Below are positions 25,384-39,600 of a stretch of DNA of 64,000 nt, piece after piece. Each line of letters opens with the position of its first letter. Within the stretch, counting starts at the first letter, position 1. The stretch spans positions 95,730,001-95,794,000 of the forward strand of contig NC_087436.1 of the NCBI RefSeq assembly GCF_036321535.1, given 5' to 3'. Below the pieces are notes generated by a model. It saw only the letters and a program-made list of their open reading frames with translations. It was not told the DNA's origin and did no database searches. Position numbers and translations under genes: made by a program. The DNA is from Camelus dromedarius. Its lineage: Eukaryota.

Positions 25384-26764
25384 CTGCAGGGACAGGCATG
25401 CAGGGGTCATGGGGAGAGAGCAGTTACCCGCTCTCCCAGGGTGGAAGAGAAGGACCATCAGAACATTCAGGTGAGGTCCCTCATCTCTCCTTTATCCAGC
25501 GCGTGCTGGCTGGGGCTGCTGCCGTGGGGCAGGGCCTGGATGGGCCCAGGACACTCACGACGGGGCTCTCCCTGCCACTTCCTAACTTTTTACTGTTTCC
25601 TTGTGTTTCTGAGCTAAGAGAATCTACACATCTGTCTTGTGGAAACATGTCATAAATTCTCTTACAAATACACATTCTTAGCACAACGCAAAGCCAGGGT
25701 AACTAAGAATAGACTCTGTGGAAGGACGCTACCTAACACCTGTTCCCTTGGCAAGTTCCTCTAACTACCCCAAGTCATTCAAGAGGCAGGACAAGTGTGA
25801 CTTCAGGTTTACAACACAGGAAAGTTAAAGTAGGAAGACAAGTGTTAACTCAAGATGGAGAAAATAACTTTTCCAACTGGGCTGAACTTCAGCTCATGGG
25901 GCTCCGGCTTCCTGCCCAGGAGGGTCCCAGGGCCAGGCCCCGATTTGAGCAGTGCCACGGCTGAGCCCAGAGAAACAGTAACCCAGAGAGGGCAGAGCCC
26001 TACCAAGATGCTGCAGGCTGGCTGTGTACTGCCAACACTGGAAAAACCTGTTTCCAGGGGGCCAGACAACACGGTTCTCTCAAGAACCAGCTGTGGCTCT
26101 TTCGTATCAAAACGAATCCAACCACCAGGCCCGGCCCACAGACTGTTATATCCTAAATTAAACAAACTGAAAAACTCCGCTCAGAAGATGGCTGGGGTGC
26201 CTACAGAAAGTGTGCTGATGGGAGAAGGCAGGAAGAACCGGACAGTCTCTGCGGAAAGTGTGACGTGGGCCAAAATCTAGTCAACGGAACGGTTCCCTCC
26301 TCTGAGACTAATGTTCACGTGGCGCATATGCACAGGTGGAGGGAAAGGATTTCTAGCCACGCTGTTCAGTGCTCTGGAAAAGTCCTCGACTCTAACATAT
26401 GCTTTCCAAGGACACTGCCTGAGACTCTGAAATCAGAGTATCCTGCTGGTAAGCAAACACATAAACACAAGTTCCAACATTCAGGGTTATTCTTGAAGCA
26501 GGATCCAGACTTCTCCCCAACCCTGAAAGGCGGCAGTAACCTCTCTGAGCCTCAGCTTTCCTGTCTATAAATCGAGCCGATCAGCAGTGTCTTTCTGAGG
26601 ACGTGGGCGCATACGAAACACGTGGTGTCATGCAAAGCACAGAGCAAGCTCTCAGCAGTGGCATGTCACGGTGTTAACTACCGGCGGGAAAGCTCCTCAG
26701 ACAGATCCGGAAAGGATCAGAAACATTTTTAGCATTTATCAAAGGCAGTAAGAACACTCTCTAC

Positions 26765-27009
26765 CTGTAAAATAATCATGTCCGGCCGATACTGCTTCCG
26801 CAGTCCCATGTCAAACATCAGGAACTTGAGCATGTTAAACGCTTCTTCTTCGCCCATATGAAGCAGCAAGATGCCTGCCACGAAGCTGAGACCTTGGCAG
26901 TAGCCCACTTCCTGGTCTAGAAGCGAGTAGGCCTTCAAAATGTTGTAGAGTGACAGCTGCCCCGCACCCAGCTGGGCGGAGAAGTACGGATGGGTTGGAA
27001 AAGTTCTCC
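26765..27009 (-). CDS. TBC1D1: TBC1D1 coding exon (245 bp, phase 1-0): (G)RTFPTHPYF...GYCQGLSF...PDMIILQ; catalytic Arg and YxQ Gln finger
   Basis: ttttcacag acceptor, GTAGAG donor; canonical TBC motifs RT and YCQG. Confidence 0.98.
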
Positions 27010-28214
27010 CTGTGAAAACAATACACATTAGCTGTGATTAAAAAGAAAAAGAAGAAGAAAGAAAGCTTATTGAACCAGAAATTGGACATGCTTCAGGTTA
27101 AAGCAACAGATCTTTTCAAGTTGGATCATGTCCTAAATCAGCACTTTAAACAAGGTCAGGTGGTTGTTCTTGGAATAATGCTTGCAATTAAAATCAGCAA
27201 TTATTCATGCTTTCAGGTGAAAGAAATGAGAACCTCCTGCGAGCCTGCAGATAACCTGGATTTCAATGTAAAACCCAGAGAAAACTGTCCATCCTGTAAA
27301 CATGCATCTACTCTCAGGAGGAGCTGACGCTGTGGTCCTTCACCCCTGAGCCACCAGCACCATCGCCTTGCCATGGAAACGCCCTGATCAACTCTTCCCA
27401 GGCCATCTGGTTTGCCCGCAGTCTGACATTTCTGTTCTTTTAAACTACAGGCAGTGCTTTGAAAGACTGAGGAGCAGCAATTGTTTTCTTTTATACAAGA
27501 AGTTATCTCCCAGAAAGAGGTTAAAATAAAAAGCTCTTAACATCCTGATTCTCACAAAAATCTGGCATTCGGAAGGTTTACAAAGACTTCTGTCCAGGAG
27601 GCTTTTGTGGTTGATACCTGTCAAATCCCACCTCTCTTCTCCTCCTGGAATGTGACCGACGGGAAAGTGTGTCTCCAGGGAGCAGGGAAGTGCCTGATTA
27701 AAAAATGCTCAGCGGGGGCCACACCTGGACCCAGGGGAGAATTACAGCTTCACCCGGATCAGCAAAGGCAGAAGGTACATAGAGGCCACAAGGTAAATGT
27801 TCACCTTAATTACTCAGTCACAGCAAAGGGAGGAGGATACGGTCATGTGTTATTCCCCAGCCCCCTGAGAAAGCATTAAACCAGATCAGTTTTGTTCTGA
27901 ACTTGATTTAGGGCAGCAACCGCCAAAGAACGACTTTCCTGGTTTCTTGTCCTGTGTTCGTCTCTCCCGCCAAAAAGTCTTCCCCGAACACACCCTGCAC
28001 GCATCACCCCACTACTGGAAAGCAATCAAGAGCTCCCTAGTGGGGCTCCGCACACTCACCTCCTCGCCTACCCTCCCACCATCATGCTCTACTCCAGGCT
28101 AGGGGTGGGTGGCCTCTGGTCCGAGCCCCTCCAGGCGTGCGCAGAGCTGTGTGCGCACGTGCGAGTGTGAGAGGGTGTGGCTGTGCCCATGCGCTTTCCT
28201 CATCCACAGCAGCA

Positions 28215-28502
28215 CATATAACCGAGCTCTGACGCCAGCCTCGCACATAATGTAACATTCTCCAGTGGGTGCGTTAAAAAGTAACAGTTGAAATTAACTA
28301 TAGTTTGACCCAACACACACAATACTCTTATTTCAGAGTGTGATCAATATATATATTATTAACAAGACATTTGGCATTATTTTCCTACTGGGCCTATGAA
28401 ATCCAGTGTGTTCTTGGTACTGGCACACTTCTCAGTCCCGACCAGCCTCATTCCACCACGCGTTTCAAGAGCCACACGTGGCCGCAGTGCTGGACAGCAC
28501 AG
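28215..28502 (+). mobile_element. MER33-like hAT MITE
   Basis: ttaaaaagtaacagttgaaattaa...aaatccagtgtg...agccacacgtggc...tggacagcacag. Confidence 0.6.
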
Positions 28503-28929
28503 GGCACGCTCTCCTCAGGTTCTCAAAGGATGCGGGCAGAACTCTGGAGACAGCCCTTCACTCCTTTCCCCGCCCCAGCTCTGCCCCGCCCCGGCGTGTG
28601 CGCCTCCCCCACTTTCTCTGGGTCTCAAACAGGAACAGGTGGCAGAGCACAAAGGAGCCGTGCGGCACAGAGGAACACCAGTAAAGGCTTAGCTGTTTTT
28701 AAATTCCATCTGCCAGTGTCAGCACTTCTGCTCCTCAGATGCCCCTCGTGTTAGATGCCGCCCTGCACGGAAACAAGAGCTCCTGAGAACCAGCCCACCT
28801 GATGAGCAGGTATTTCTTTTAACCCCCGCAAGGCTCCTAGGAGGACAAGCCTGGCAGGCTGCGGAGTGACCCATGCCAATCTGGTCCCTCAACAGTTGTC
28901 AGATTTGAGGGCAGCGCCTGCCCGAGCGT

Positions 28930-29076
28930 GTGTCCTGGGCAGTCACACGGGCTCCGTGCTTAGCAAGGTCTTGTGCTGGGTTTAATGCTCTGCTGTCACC
29001 GTCTTAAAACTCTTAATCTCGGAACAGGCTGTTCTGTATTTTTATCTTGCAATAGGCCCACTCTGCAAATTATGTA
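28930..29076. mobile_element. MER91-like hAT element
   Basis: ggtttaatgctctgctgtcaccgtcttaaaactcttaat...gcaaattatgta. Confidence 0.5.
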
Positions 29077-30942
29077 CCGTTTGAGAGAGGCAGCCCCCTA
29101 GGTAGCCTCCCGGGGTGGCTACAGCCACCTTTCCCGCAGCTTGGCCTCCCAGCCATATGTGGAAGCACATCTAAGGCCACACTCTGCCAAACACACCGCC
29201 TTTATTAGCGAGCCAGCATGAGAAAGGAGCCACACAAGAACTTCATGTGCTCTGTCTTCAAGAATCCAACAAGCAACTCTTGGAAAAGGTTGGGTTGGAG
29301 AAGGGCTTTGTGGCAGTGTGATGGCAGAGACAGGCCATATGGGACGCTCCATGGAGCGCAGGGACTCGGCCCTGACGGCACTGGCCTCAGGCTCTACTCC
29401 TGAGTCGCTGGCAGCAGGGCCTGGACCCTCTCTGACCAACGACAGGTCTCGAACTTTACCCTGTTTTACCAATAAAAAGTTCTAAGAAGCATCTCTTATG
29501 CTAAGAGCAAACCCTAGAGTGTACATTTCAATTGCACTTGAAGTACATAAGCATCCACCTCTGGACAGTGGGTCCCTGACGAGGGAACTTCAAAACGCCA
29601 ACCAAGCACCTGCGTGAGAATGGATTTATCTCACAAGGCCACATGTCACACTAGTAATACTCCAGGAGCATTTTTAAGGTGTCACTACACAGACAGTAAC
29701 GTTACCCTCATTTTATTCACAAGAAAAATGGGAGGAGAAGGGGTTAGCCCTTTGGTAAAGTCACCCAGCTACCAAGTGGCAAACCCAGGATCTGACCTGG
29801 GTCCTGAATGCCTGGGACTAAGCTCTCACACTGATGTCAAAGAAAGAGGTATGGGAATTGGGGAAGACAGCTCTCACTCACTCACAGTGCCCCTAGCTCA
29901 GAGCACAAGCTTGTCAAAGAGCCAAGGTCCTGCCCTCTCTTTTTACAGAGTCTAAGTCTTCTACCTTCGCAGCAAAGCCTCCCCCAGGTGAGACCCGGCT
30001 CCTCCTCCTTCACTGCTCACTCACCTCCCATGCAACACCTCATACCAGGTACTCTTTCCTGTATTTCCCCATCAACGTCCTTGCTGTGTGACCTTGGGCA
30101 CTTAGTTAACTCCTCTGAGCCTCTCCTTCTCACCTGGAAATGGGACTATGACTGTACTTCCTGGGGCCCCTGTGAGGATTAAATGCAAGGGTGCAGAGAA
30201 CAAGAGGGACGTGGCCCTGCTCCCAGGGGGCTCTGTGGGTGGGAGAGACCATTTCAGACCGCTGGTGTTCCTGTGGTTCTGTTCCATCCCATGGGGTGAC
30301 AAGCACTCCAGAGCAGAGGGCTGGAGGGCATGGCGATGGTGGGGCTGGCCAGGGTCTGGGAAGGCTGCTGGGAGGAAGTGAACTTCCACCTAAAGCAAGC
30401 AGAGAAGAGGAGGCGCGAACAAGGCAGGGAGGGAAAAGGATACTGGGCAGCAAGCACCATGGCCCACAGGCCTGGGGCTGGCCATCAGGAGAAAGGACGA
30501 GAAAGAAGTGGAGCCTGTAAGCCGAGGGCACTAATGCCGGGCTGAGCCCTGGGAGCCAAGGCCACGGAGCCAGAGACGTGAGGTTTCTCTCTAAGGAAAA
30601 CTCAGGAGGCAGCCTGCGAGACAACCCGGGGTGGGCAGAGTCCAGGGCACGTGAGGACGTGAGTCAGGAAGCTGGCACCAGAGACCAGGTCCTCAACTGG
30701 GAGGGCACTGGTGGTGCAGGGGCGAGGGCTGGGTTCCGGATTTGCTCCCAAGACAGGCTGAGGACAAGGAGAGAGGGGAGGGCAGACTGACTCTGGAGTT
30801 TCTGGTAAGGAAAACTAGGTGGTTAATCCAAAATAGGAATTGACCAGAAAGAGAAGATTTGGGACAGAGGGCAAAGAGTCAGCAAACGTATGCCTGGACC
30901 TATAAAGTTTGGGAAATTTCATAAATGTGACCAGATTACAGT

Positions 30943-31298
30943 AGTTCTGCAATCTTGTGACCGAAACCCTTGAGGGAAATGCATTTCACAATTCAGAATT
31001 TGTGAATTTTAGAAAGGTAACAGTGTATTTGTTGCATATTACGTAACTCCTAGAAGGATCAGGGCAGCAATCTATAATCAAACACACTTAGAATTTTGCA
31101 GCAAAACACAAGAAAAGCCACCCTGACGAGAACAGCAAAGTCTGTAAACAGCCTCATGGAACTTCCAGTCAAATTTTGCCTCCAAAATATAGTTCAGGAC
31201 TTGGTACATTTTGCCAAAATTAAGTTACAGAAAACTTTGGTTTTCATATTCATAGCTTTTGGAGTTGAGAAAAGGCAGACAAAAGATTATAGATCTGT
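30943..31298 (+). mobile_element. MER46C-like Tigger MITE, near full length
   Basis: ccgaaacccttg...ttcagaattt...ttttagaaaggtaa...taatcaaacac...gattatagatctg followed by ta. Confidence 0.7.
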
Positions 31299-32644
31299 AT
31301 TAACTTCTATTAAAACTTACAAATTAGGTGAGAGTATAAATAATAGACTATTTTTAAGGAAAAGCATCTTTTCCATTTTGAAACGTACAGCTTGAATCAG
31401 GTTCAGCAAGTGCTGTTCAGCTTTGTGCCTGGAGGACTCTCTCTCAGGAAAGGGACAGCGGGGCACCTAACTGGACAGAAGGGATTAATGCAGTACACAG
31501 AAAGCTAAGGGGCACGAGGCAGGGATGGTCAGGCTGCACTTCAGCACTAGTTTCCGAGCCATCAGATACTTGATGAGAAGGAAGGAGAAGCTACGTGGGT
31601 GCAGGGCGAGCGCACACAGGGGCCGGGACTGAGCTAAGTTCCCCAGGCCCTGACCCACTTCACCCACAACCTCAACGGCAGGCATTACAGTCCCCCATTT
31701 TTAATAGCTGAGGGGGAAAAAAAAAACAGGTTTTTTAGAACTTAGCTTAACATCTTACTTAAAGCATCTGACACATGAGTTCTGATGAAGGAAGAAAATC
31801 TTCCTATGAGGATCTGTCCCCGAGGCAGCATGGTCAAGTGCACAGGGCACACGCACCCCAGGAGGGACCATCTGGTCTCTGTGAACCTCGGTTTCCTCTT
31901 CTTCACGAAGGGCAGAACGCGCACTTTGTGGAGCCGGGAGCACACGCACAGGGCCTGGCACAAACGGTGCGGTGAGCGGCGTCGGGTCAGGTCCTCGGGT
32001 GCGCCGTGCAAAACACACACTCAACACAGCTCCCGGCCAAGACAGGAAATAAAGGGCACACGTACCAAGGCAGAGGAACAGTCCTGAAGAACCACTGCTC
32101 TACTGACTAGCACGTTCCACCTGAGCCTGGAAATCTCACTTCTAACAGGCGCTGAGAGGCAGCAGAAAGCTCGGCCCCGCACCCGACTCCCACGAAATCT
32201 GGCTTTGACGAACACGTGGAACTGAAAGTGGGTATGAATCCCAAGTAACAATGGCATCAAACACTGTCACCGCCCAGACGCACCGGAACGTCTGTGGGCC
32301 CCAGGCTTCCCCGTCTTTACTTATTATCGACACCAGCCAAGTCTTCCCTGTCGCAGAGTCTCGGAACCAGCACTGATTTTCTTTATGCAAAAAAGCTGCC
32401 TGCGCCAGCCTGACCAAGCGAAAACAGATGTTCCTGTGTTTTCTGAGATCTTCAAATGCAGAGACAGTAAGACAGGCCCCGGCGCCCCTCCCAAGCTGGG
32501 GAACAGTCACGCCGTCAGCTCCCGAGGGGAGAAAAGCAATGACCGCCCATCTGACGTTGAAATGCAGGCTGTCTTACACTCAGTTCTAACTGGGGGAGAC
32601 ACTGTCTTCCTGTGTTACATTCTCCCTGTCACTGGTTTTCAATG

Positions 32645-33125
32645 CTGGTCAGCCTAAGGACCTGCGGCGGGTCTCTGAGACCCGTTCAGGGGTCCATGAA
32701 GTCCTCCCGCCCTTTTCTAACTGTATCTATGTGAGGTCAGCTTTACCTCATATTTTTCAAACAACATAATCACAACAGACTGAGTGCAGAAGCAGATATG
32801 AACATTCAGCCGATCCTATTACGCCAAAGAGATTTGTAAACATGTAAAACAATGCCACTCTTCTCACTTTTTTTTAATTTGGGAAAATAAACTTTTCATA
32901 GTGATGTGTTGATATGCATGAGTTTATTATAGTTACTTTAAAAGAAATATGCAAGTATTTATATTAATAGACTATTTAATAGTAGAAATTAAAACTTTCT
33001 CACAGTTTTCATTTCTAACATGGTAAATATTGATAGAAATTATCCACATCAACAAAGCTCTTTGGGCGTCTCAGTACTTTTAAGGGTGGAAGGAGTCCTG
33101 AGGTCCAGAGTCTGGGAAACGTCGT
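32645..33125. mobile_element. hAT-Charlie (Charlie4-like) DNA transposon relic
   Basis: gcagaagcagatatga...agagatttgtaaacatgtaaaacaatgccactcttctcac...gggtggaaggagtcctgag. Confidence 0.6.
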
Positions 33126-36100
33126 CCTAGGTGAACACCACAGTCCACCCGCACTCCTGGGTACACACCAGGCGAAGGGAGGAGGCAGGCCTCATGGGCA
33201 GGAGATGGACCAGATTTAAAATATTCATGGACGATCGCATTCATACAATCCAGTGTTAAGTACTGCAGCCCTAATTTAGAAGGCACTGGGCCAGCACCGG
33301 AAAAGGAAAAAACCATGTCCTCTGAAGACTGTACACACGTAGTTCACCCGCAGCAGGCGAGTCTCAGGCGGTGCACACGTAAGGCGGCGATTAGCTCCGT
33401 GCACCTCACTGCTCACACACGGGCCACCCGCAAAGTGTTCGGTCTGCGGTGGCGCTCTACGGCTGACTAACAAGCCTCTTTCCTCTGCTTCTTTCACAAA
33501 GACCCTGGGGATTTCTGCCTCTCTAGGGAATGGTGCTGACAAATGAGCAAGGATTGTAATCCTAAAACTCCCTGGATCTTGGTTTCCTCATTTGCAGAAG
33601 GAAGAGTAATCCTACAACCACAGGAACTCCAAGGCTCCTCCCTGGCTGAGCGCGCAGACCTCTCGATCTTCTGTGGCTGCATTTAGCTCTGAGCAGAATT
33701 TCGGACTAAAGGAAAAATCCTCTTTGTATTACTCTTCACAACTTTAATTAAACAGTTTGGTGATCAATTGTTCAGTGTCTGTCTCCCGCACTAGAATATG
33801 TGCTTGCTAGAGTGCCCGGAAGCACCAGGGGCTCAGGAAGGATCCATGGGTCACCACTGAGTGATGTGGGGCTGCGGGGCCGGGGAGGAGGAAGGCAGAG
33901 CTCCGCTGCACACAGGTTACTTTTCAGAAACACTTGGCTGAGTCAAACGGCTGCTGAAACTGGCTCCTACTGGCCTGTTCACATCTCTGCTCAACTCCAC
34001 ATCATATTGGTAGCTTCAGTTCAGCCAAAGTGAGAGTATTTACACCATGGAAATCTGCAAAAATTGGCATCAGCTTCTTTTGAGGGGTTGAGCTGGTTGG
34101 TAAATACTTGCCAGCACACCCCTGACTGGCTGGAAGGACGTAGGGAGAGGTTAGGCCTCTCAGAAAGCAAGGGAGGTCACCCCACTCTACTCTACTTGCA
34201 CCACCCGTGTTTAGTTATATAACTTCAAGGTTAGAGAAGATTTTTAGAATGATCAAGTAAATTTGATCTCATGGTGGGTTCTTGATATCGGAGGCAATGG
34301 CAGACCCTTTGGAATCAGGTGTGTAGCTTCTGGCACAAAAACTTTAATTAGACTCTTAAGCCATGATTTTTAACTGACTCCCATAAGGCAAGGTCCCAAC
34401 TGGACAGACAGGTGTGTCCCGTAACAAGACTGCTGCATGGCAAGTGCTAGGTACTTTTCTCTCTTTTGCCATTAATGCTTCTTAGTTTTTCACCCAGGAC
34501 TTCAAGCCAAAGATGAAACAGAAAGCGGTGCTTGCCACCAGCACTCATCTGCTCATAATGAACAGCCCCATCTACTACTCAAAGCACATGGCACCCCGCC
34601 CCTCATGGCAAACGAGCAGGCAGGGATGGAGGAGGGAGGCGCTCTCCTCCGCCCTTCCATGGTCGGTCACCTTAAATACTCTCAGCTGATCCTTCAATTT
34701 GCTGGCTCTTCTCCTCATCTTTTAAGGATTCTAAAACAGCAAGGAAAAATTCCCTTTTATACTTGGACTATAGCTCCTGTTCTTCCAGACACCAGGCAGG
34801 TTTTACACCTTTGGTTAAAACACGTTAAGTGGAAGCAAAAACCAATACAACAGCTGCCACACTGGATTCTTGATCCAGATGTGTTTTTGGATACGTGCTC
34901 TGTCTCACTGCAGCCTTGGCGTGCCCAATCCCACTTCGGTGCCACTGACAGCAAGTCTCTAGAAGGCCACCAAAAATGGCTACTTCTGGTCACCAAAAGA
35001 CCCATCAGACCTCTGCAGGGTTTGTAAACTAAGCCACCACTTTACCTAGAGAGCACATTAAAACGATACGTAATTGATGTGGGGCTGATTAGGAGCAGTT
35101 TCTAAGTCTGCTCTCTGATTTAATGGTGTCCCTACGTTTCTGGACCCATTCAAGGGTTATTGTAGCTAACCTCTCCTATCATGGGGGAGGCTGGGCAGCC
35201 TCCCCGGGGAAGCACTGTCTGCGGGATGCCCGGGAGAGGAGCAGCTGACACGGTGGAGGGTGACGTGGAGCCTGAACAGGGTCTCCAGCTCGCTGCTCAG
35301 TGTCCCCCACGGCCTTTCATGTGGCCATGACTAGATGGAGGCATAGCCACAAGGCAGGATGCTGGGCAGCACCAGGCGCCCCGCCAGGAGGGTGAGCAAG
35401 AAAAGAGAAGGAAGAAAGATCACAAGTACCTGAGGGCGGCACAAGGTGGGCAGGGGGAGGTTCCCGAACTAGGGCCTAAGTGTGATCTGCTAAGTGTCAT
35501 CTCCTCTGCTGTTTTCCCCTGGCTGGGCGTGGCCAACTCTGACAGCATTTCTCCACCTCACCAGAGGAGGGAAAGCAGTGTGGGTCTGCAGCCCGCAGGG
35601 CCAAGAAAGACAAGCCATACGGTGTCCTAGAAGGAACAATGATACAAAGACTAAGAAGACCCAGGTTCTAGAACTTCCTGCCACTGAGCAGGAGCCTGTA
35701 ACTTGGGCAAAGCACATAAGCTCTCTGTGCCTCATTCATCACCTCCAAAGTGGAAATAATATGTGTCCAAGATCATACAGGGCTGTGCAAAGTTGAAATC
35801 CAACAAAGCTAGAGAATATGGTTCACTGTCCAACTACAAAGTCTAGTGTATTCTTGCTCTTTGGAGGGGAAAAAAAAATCTTGCAAAACTGATTAGATTA
35901 ACAGCTAATTTTAGAAAGTAAAGCAAAAGGCAGGAATATAAACATGCATGAAAACCCAAAATACATCCAACCAACAAGCATTCTGTTCTGCTGGCCAGGA
36001 TATGATGTCACTTTTTAGGAAACACTGAAACATGATTGGTTTTTGCTCTGCCCTGCACACCTCTGTTGGGCCTTGAGTGAGCCACAGTGTAGGCTAAATA

Positions 36101-38758
36101 AAAAGCGTAGACAAAACAACTGACTTGGCAATACCACCTTGGTGAGAGGTGAGGGGGAAGTAATGGGCAAAGTCTGGAGGAACTTCTAAGTGAGCCCTCC
36201 CTGAACCTGGCCAAGCAGAGCCAGATCCTGGCAGGCAGGGCACAGGGCCTACTGCTGGGCTGGGCCAACACTCAGGTTCTCCCAGTTCAAGTGGGGAGAG
36301 AAGGCTGGGCCTGGAGGATGCCTGGACACAGGCAGGGCGGTTACCTAGGCAACAGCCTCTCTGGGGCCCTGGGAGGGCACAGAGCGGGCATCCACACTGG
36401 GACCATGACTGGAGAGAAGCCAGGTGGAGAGACAAGGCTGGCGTAGCCGGGGAGGGGAGGGTGCACCCAGCCTTCGGGGGTGCAGAGCGTGAATGTGGGA
36501 GACAGGCGGGGGTGAACAGGATGTGAGTGCAGCCCAGCCCAGCCCAGGAGGAGGGAAGGCCAAATCTCAGCTCACACACACCCCATGCCAACTAGAGGAG
36601 AAGCTGCCGCGGGCCTCTGGGCAGGGGAGGCACCTGAGGTGCGGCTGCACAGACACAGCTCCCCGAGGAGCCTCGCTGAGGCCCTTGCCTCATCTGGCCT
36701 TTTCTTCCCTCTGCAGAAAAGTGACTGTCTCTGAGCTCCAGGGGCAGAGGACACATCCCGCCCAATGACAAGAGTACTTACTGAAAGAAAAACGAAGAGA
36801 GGAGAACATCTGAATCAGGAGGGGGAACATGTCCCCTCCCCTCCCTGGGAGGGGGGCGTGCAGAGAAACTGTCCGTACCCCCCTCCGCCCGTTCAGCCTC
36901 CTACTCTCAATTTATTTTTCTCTTCATTTCACATGGTAGGAACATGATGTCATTTTTCCTGTTACTCATCACATTAGCAAACACAGCTACTGCCAATCCA
37001 TAAAACTGCTTTCCTCGGGGTCAACAGGCCAAATGGGCCCCAGCCCCAGGCCTCACATTTTCACCGTCCCCAAGGTGCAATCATGGCCTGTCTGCATCAC
37101 CCGTCACCCAGCCGGTCATCTCCTAAGGACACTGGGGCTCCTGGTGCAGAGGGCCTGAGGAATGGAAGGGTCTACTGCAGCCCAGAGCCAGAGTGGGCTC
37201 AGGTCCTGGCAGTTAGCCGTGTGGCCGTGGTCCACAGTTGACCTCTCATGCCTCAGAGAGCATCCTCATTTCTTAAAAAGGATACAGGTCCAATTTCCCA
37301 GGGCTGTTGCGAGGTTTGCGTGAGGCTGGGATGCTAGTGCCTGCCTCATATTCAACACCAAGAGACTTACTGAGCACCTACTACACGAAGGCTTCTGTCC
37401 CAGGAGCTGGGGTACAGCTACAAACAGCCTTGGACCAGCCCACAGAGGGAGGGCTACACCCTATTGGGGAGAAAGGCCATAAAAAGGCTCTGCCACATAA
37501 CTGAGGACAGTGATGGGGGGCGGTGGGGGGAGCAGAGGCCTGGAGTCACACTGCACGGCAGAACAACAGCCGTGTCACTTCAGGTATTTCTTAACCTCTC
37601 TGCATTTCACTATTCTCAACTCTAACTAAGGATAGAACAATACTTCCCTGATCGTGTTGTGAGGAATTAAATAAAGAAGTTTAAGTAACCTCGCACATTT
37701 GGCCCAAGGAAAAGTTAAGTATTAGCTTTAAATAGCAATAATTGTCATAATGATAAACGTGGTATCACGAGGGGAGCGTACAAGGTGGGACAGAAAGGCT
37801 GAGCAGAGTCACCGAATGCAGCTGCAGGTGGGAGAAGGGGCCATGTCAGGGCCAGTTTCTCAGGGGGACATTTAAGCTCAGGCCTGGGGAGAGAGGCCTA
37901 GGAGCTGCCCGCTCCGGCTCACCCTCAAACCTCGAGTGACTGTAAAGTCCTCTCTCCCTCCAGGATGCTGTGTGGTGGGAACTCAAAGAGCCAGGCCTCC
38001 GTGGGGCCCAAAGCACTGGCTGGGGTGGGTGTTCTGGAAGCAGGACCACGTGCTCTAGAAGTACCAGGGCCGAGCTCCTGACATACGAAGCCGGTGGACC
38101 TCCCCAGGGGACAGAGGCCCCGGTGAGAGGCAGCAGGAGGAAAGGAAGTCCCCACGTGGGGTCACTGACAGGTCTTGTGCATTGTGATCACATCCTGATT
38201 CCACAAGCTCTTCACCGTGCTAACCGCAAGTGTACTCAATACAGTTTCCACCTTAGCGTTTTTAAAACTGTTTAAGAGACAAGATTCCTGCCTATTTGCA
38301 AAATATAATCACCCAAGGTATACACACAAACTGCCTTCTACAATTTTTCTAGTAAATCCTGTTTGTAAGCCATAAAGACTAAGGGGTGCCTCCTATAATT
38401 AAACGCAGCTGCAGCCCTGACACTTGCGGTTTCCAGGATGTTTCTTCTGTTGACTACAAACCTATCAATATCTGTATTACTGAACTGAACGACGGTCACA
38501 ACTGGGGCCTCTGCGACCCTCCCCGCCCCCCGCCCCAGGGCTGACCAGAGTTAACAAGCTGCCCAGTTCAGAGAGGGATTTTTATACATCTGAAGCAGAC
38601 ATTTGTGATCACTCTAGGGCTTTGTTGATTAAAAGTCTCAGTAGTAAATTTTGATTGCTAAACCTAAAGACAGATCACTAAATAACTTGGACAGTCTCTC
38701 CAGATTTCTCAAGTGAGTGAAAACTTCCATTTTCATGTTAAATAGACTGCAGACTCAC

Positions 38759-38917
38759 CGAGGTCGATGAGAATCGCGTGCTGCTGGGAGGTGAGCTGTT
38801 TTAAGAGCTCTTTGTATGGTGTGTCCTTCGGCTGCTGTTTGCTGGGAAACTGGTGCTTCAGGTGGTGTTGCTCCGCGAGGAATTTCCAGATTTCACCCCG
38901 GTGATGCCGTGGCACAC
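38759..38917 (-). CDS. TBC1D1: TBC1D1 coding exon (159 bp, phase 1-1): (G)[16 protein letters not shown]...QQHAILIDL; start of TBC domain
   Basis: tgtgaag acceptor, GTGAGT donor; RxxxW motif and IxxD half of the IxxDxxR arginine finger. Confidence 0.97.
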
Positions 38918-39139
38918 CTTCACAGGTGGGGGTGGGAAAGAGAGAGAGACTTCAAGTACAGAATACACCTTAATGATAAAAGCGAGCTGTGTTTCATGCC
39001 ATTGACCCAAATTCTCATTCCATTATGAATTAACAGCACAGGAAGGGAAAGGAAGCAAACTTGCTCCCTTCCTTCCTTCCTTCCTTCCCTCACCCCCATT
39101 CTCCCCTCACTTTCCGACCCCCTCCCACTTTCCTTCCAC

Positions 39140-39600
39140 CTTTCAAGTACGCATGTACTACGCTCAGACTGTTAGACTCTGCAAGGGATAAACTGACCAA
39201 TGACATGAGCCCTTATCTGGTACCAATTAATAACGTCCCAGGGAAAGAAGAACAAGCGTGCAAAATACGGCGCCAAACGTGGCCTCAGAGGAGGGACAGA
39301 AGCAAAGTGAGGTGAGTTGGGAAGAAGGAGCTCAATGGGGGAAAAGAGAGGAGACAAGTCAGAGGAGGGAACTGGACCGCAGCACATGGCGCGTGCGTAG
39401 AGAGAGCAGGTGGCAGTCGGGCTGGAAGGGCTTCGCTGGAAGCAAAACTGAGGGCAAGAAACCAGCAGTCTACTTGGTTACTGGAGGGAACCACTGAATG
39501 CTCTTGAGCTGGGGAAGGAGGAGCTGCACCAAAGCTGAGACTCTGGAATACTGATTAGACATCCTTCTGGAGGATGGGCTGGAGGAAGGGGCCAGAGGTT
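39140..39600. mobile_element. L2 LINE fragment (degraded)
   Basis: gggataaa...ggagggaaccactgaatgctcttgagctgggg L2-like blocks. Confidence 0.4.
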
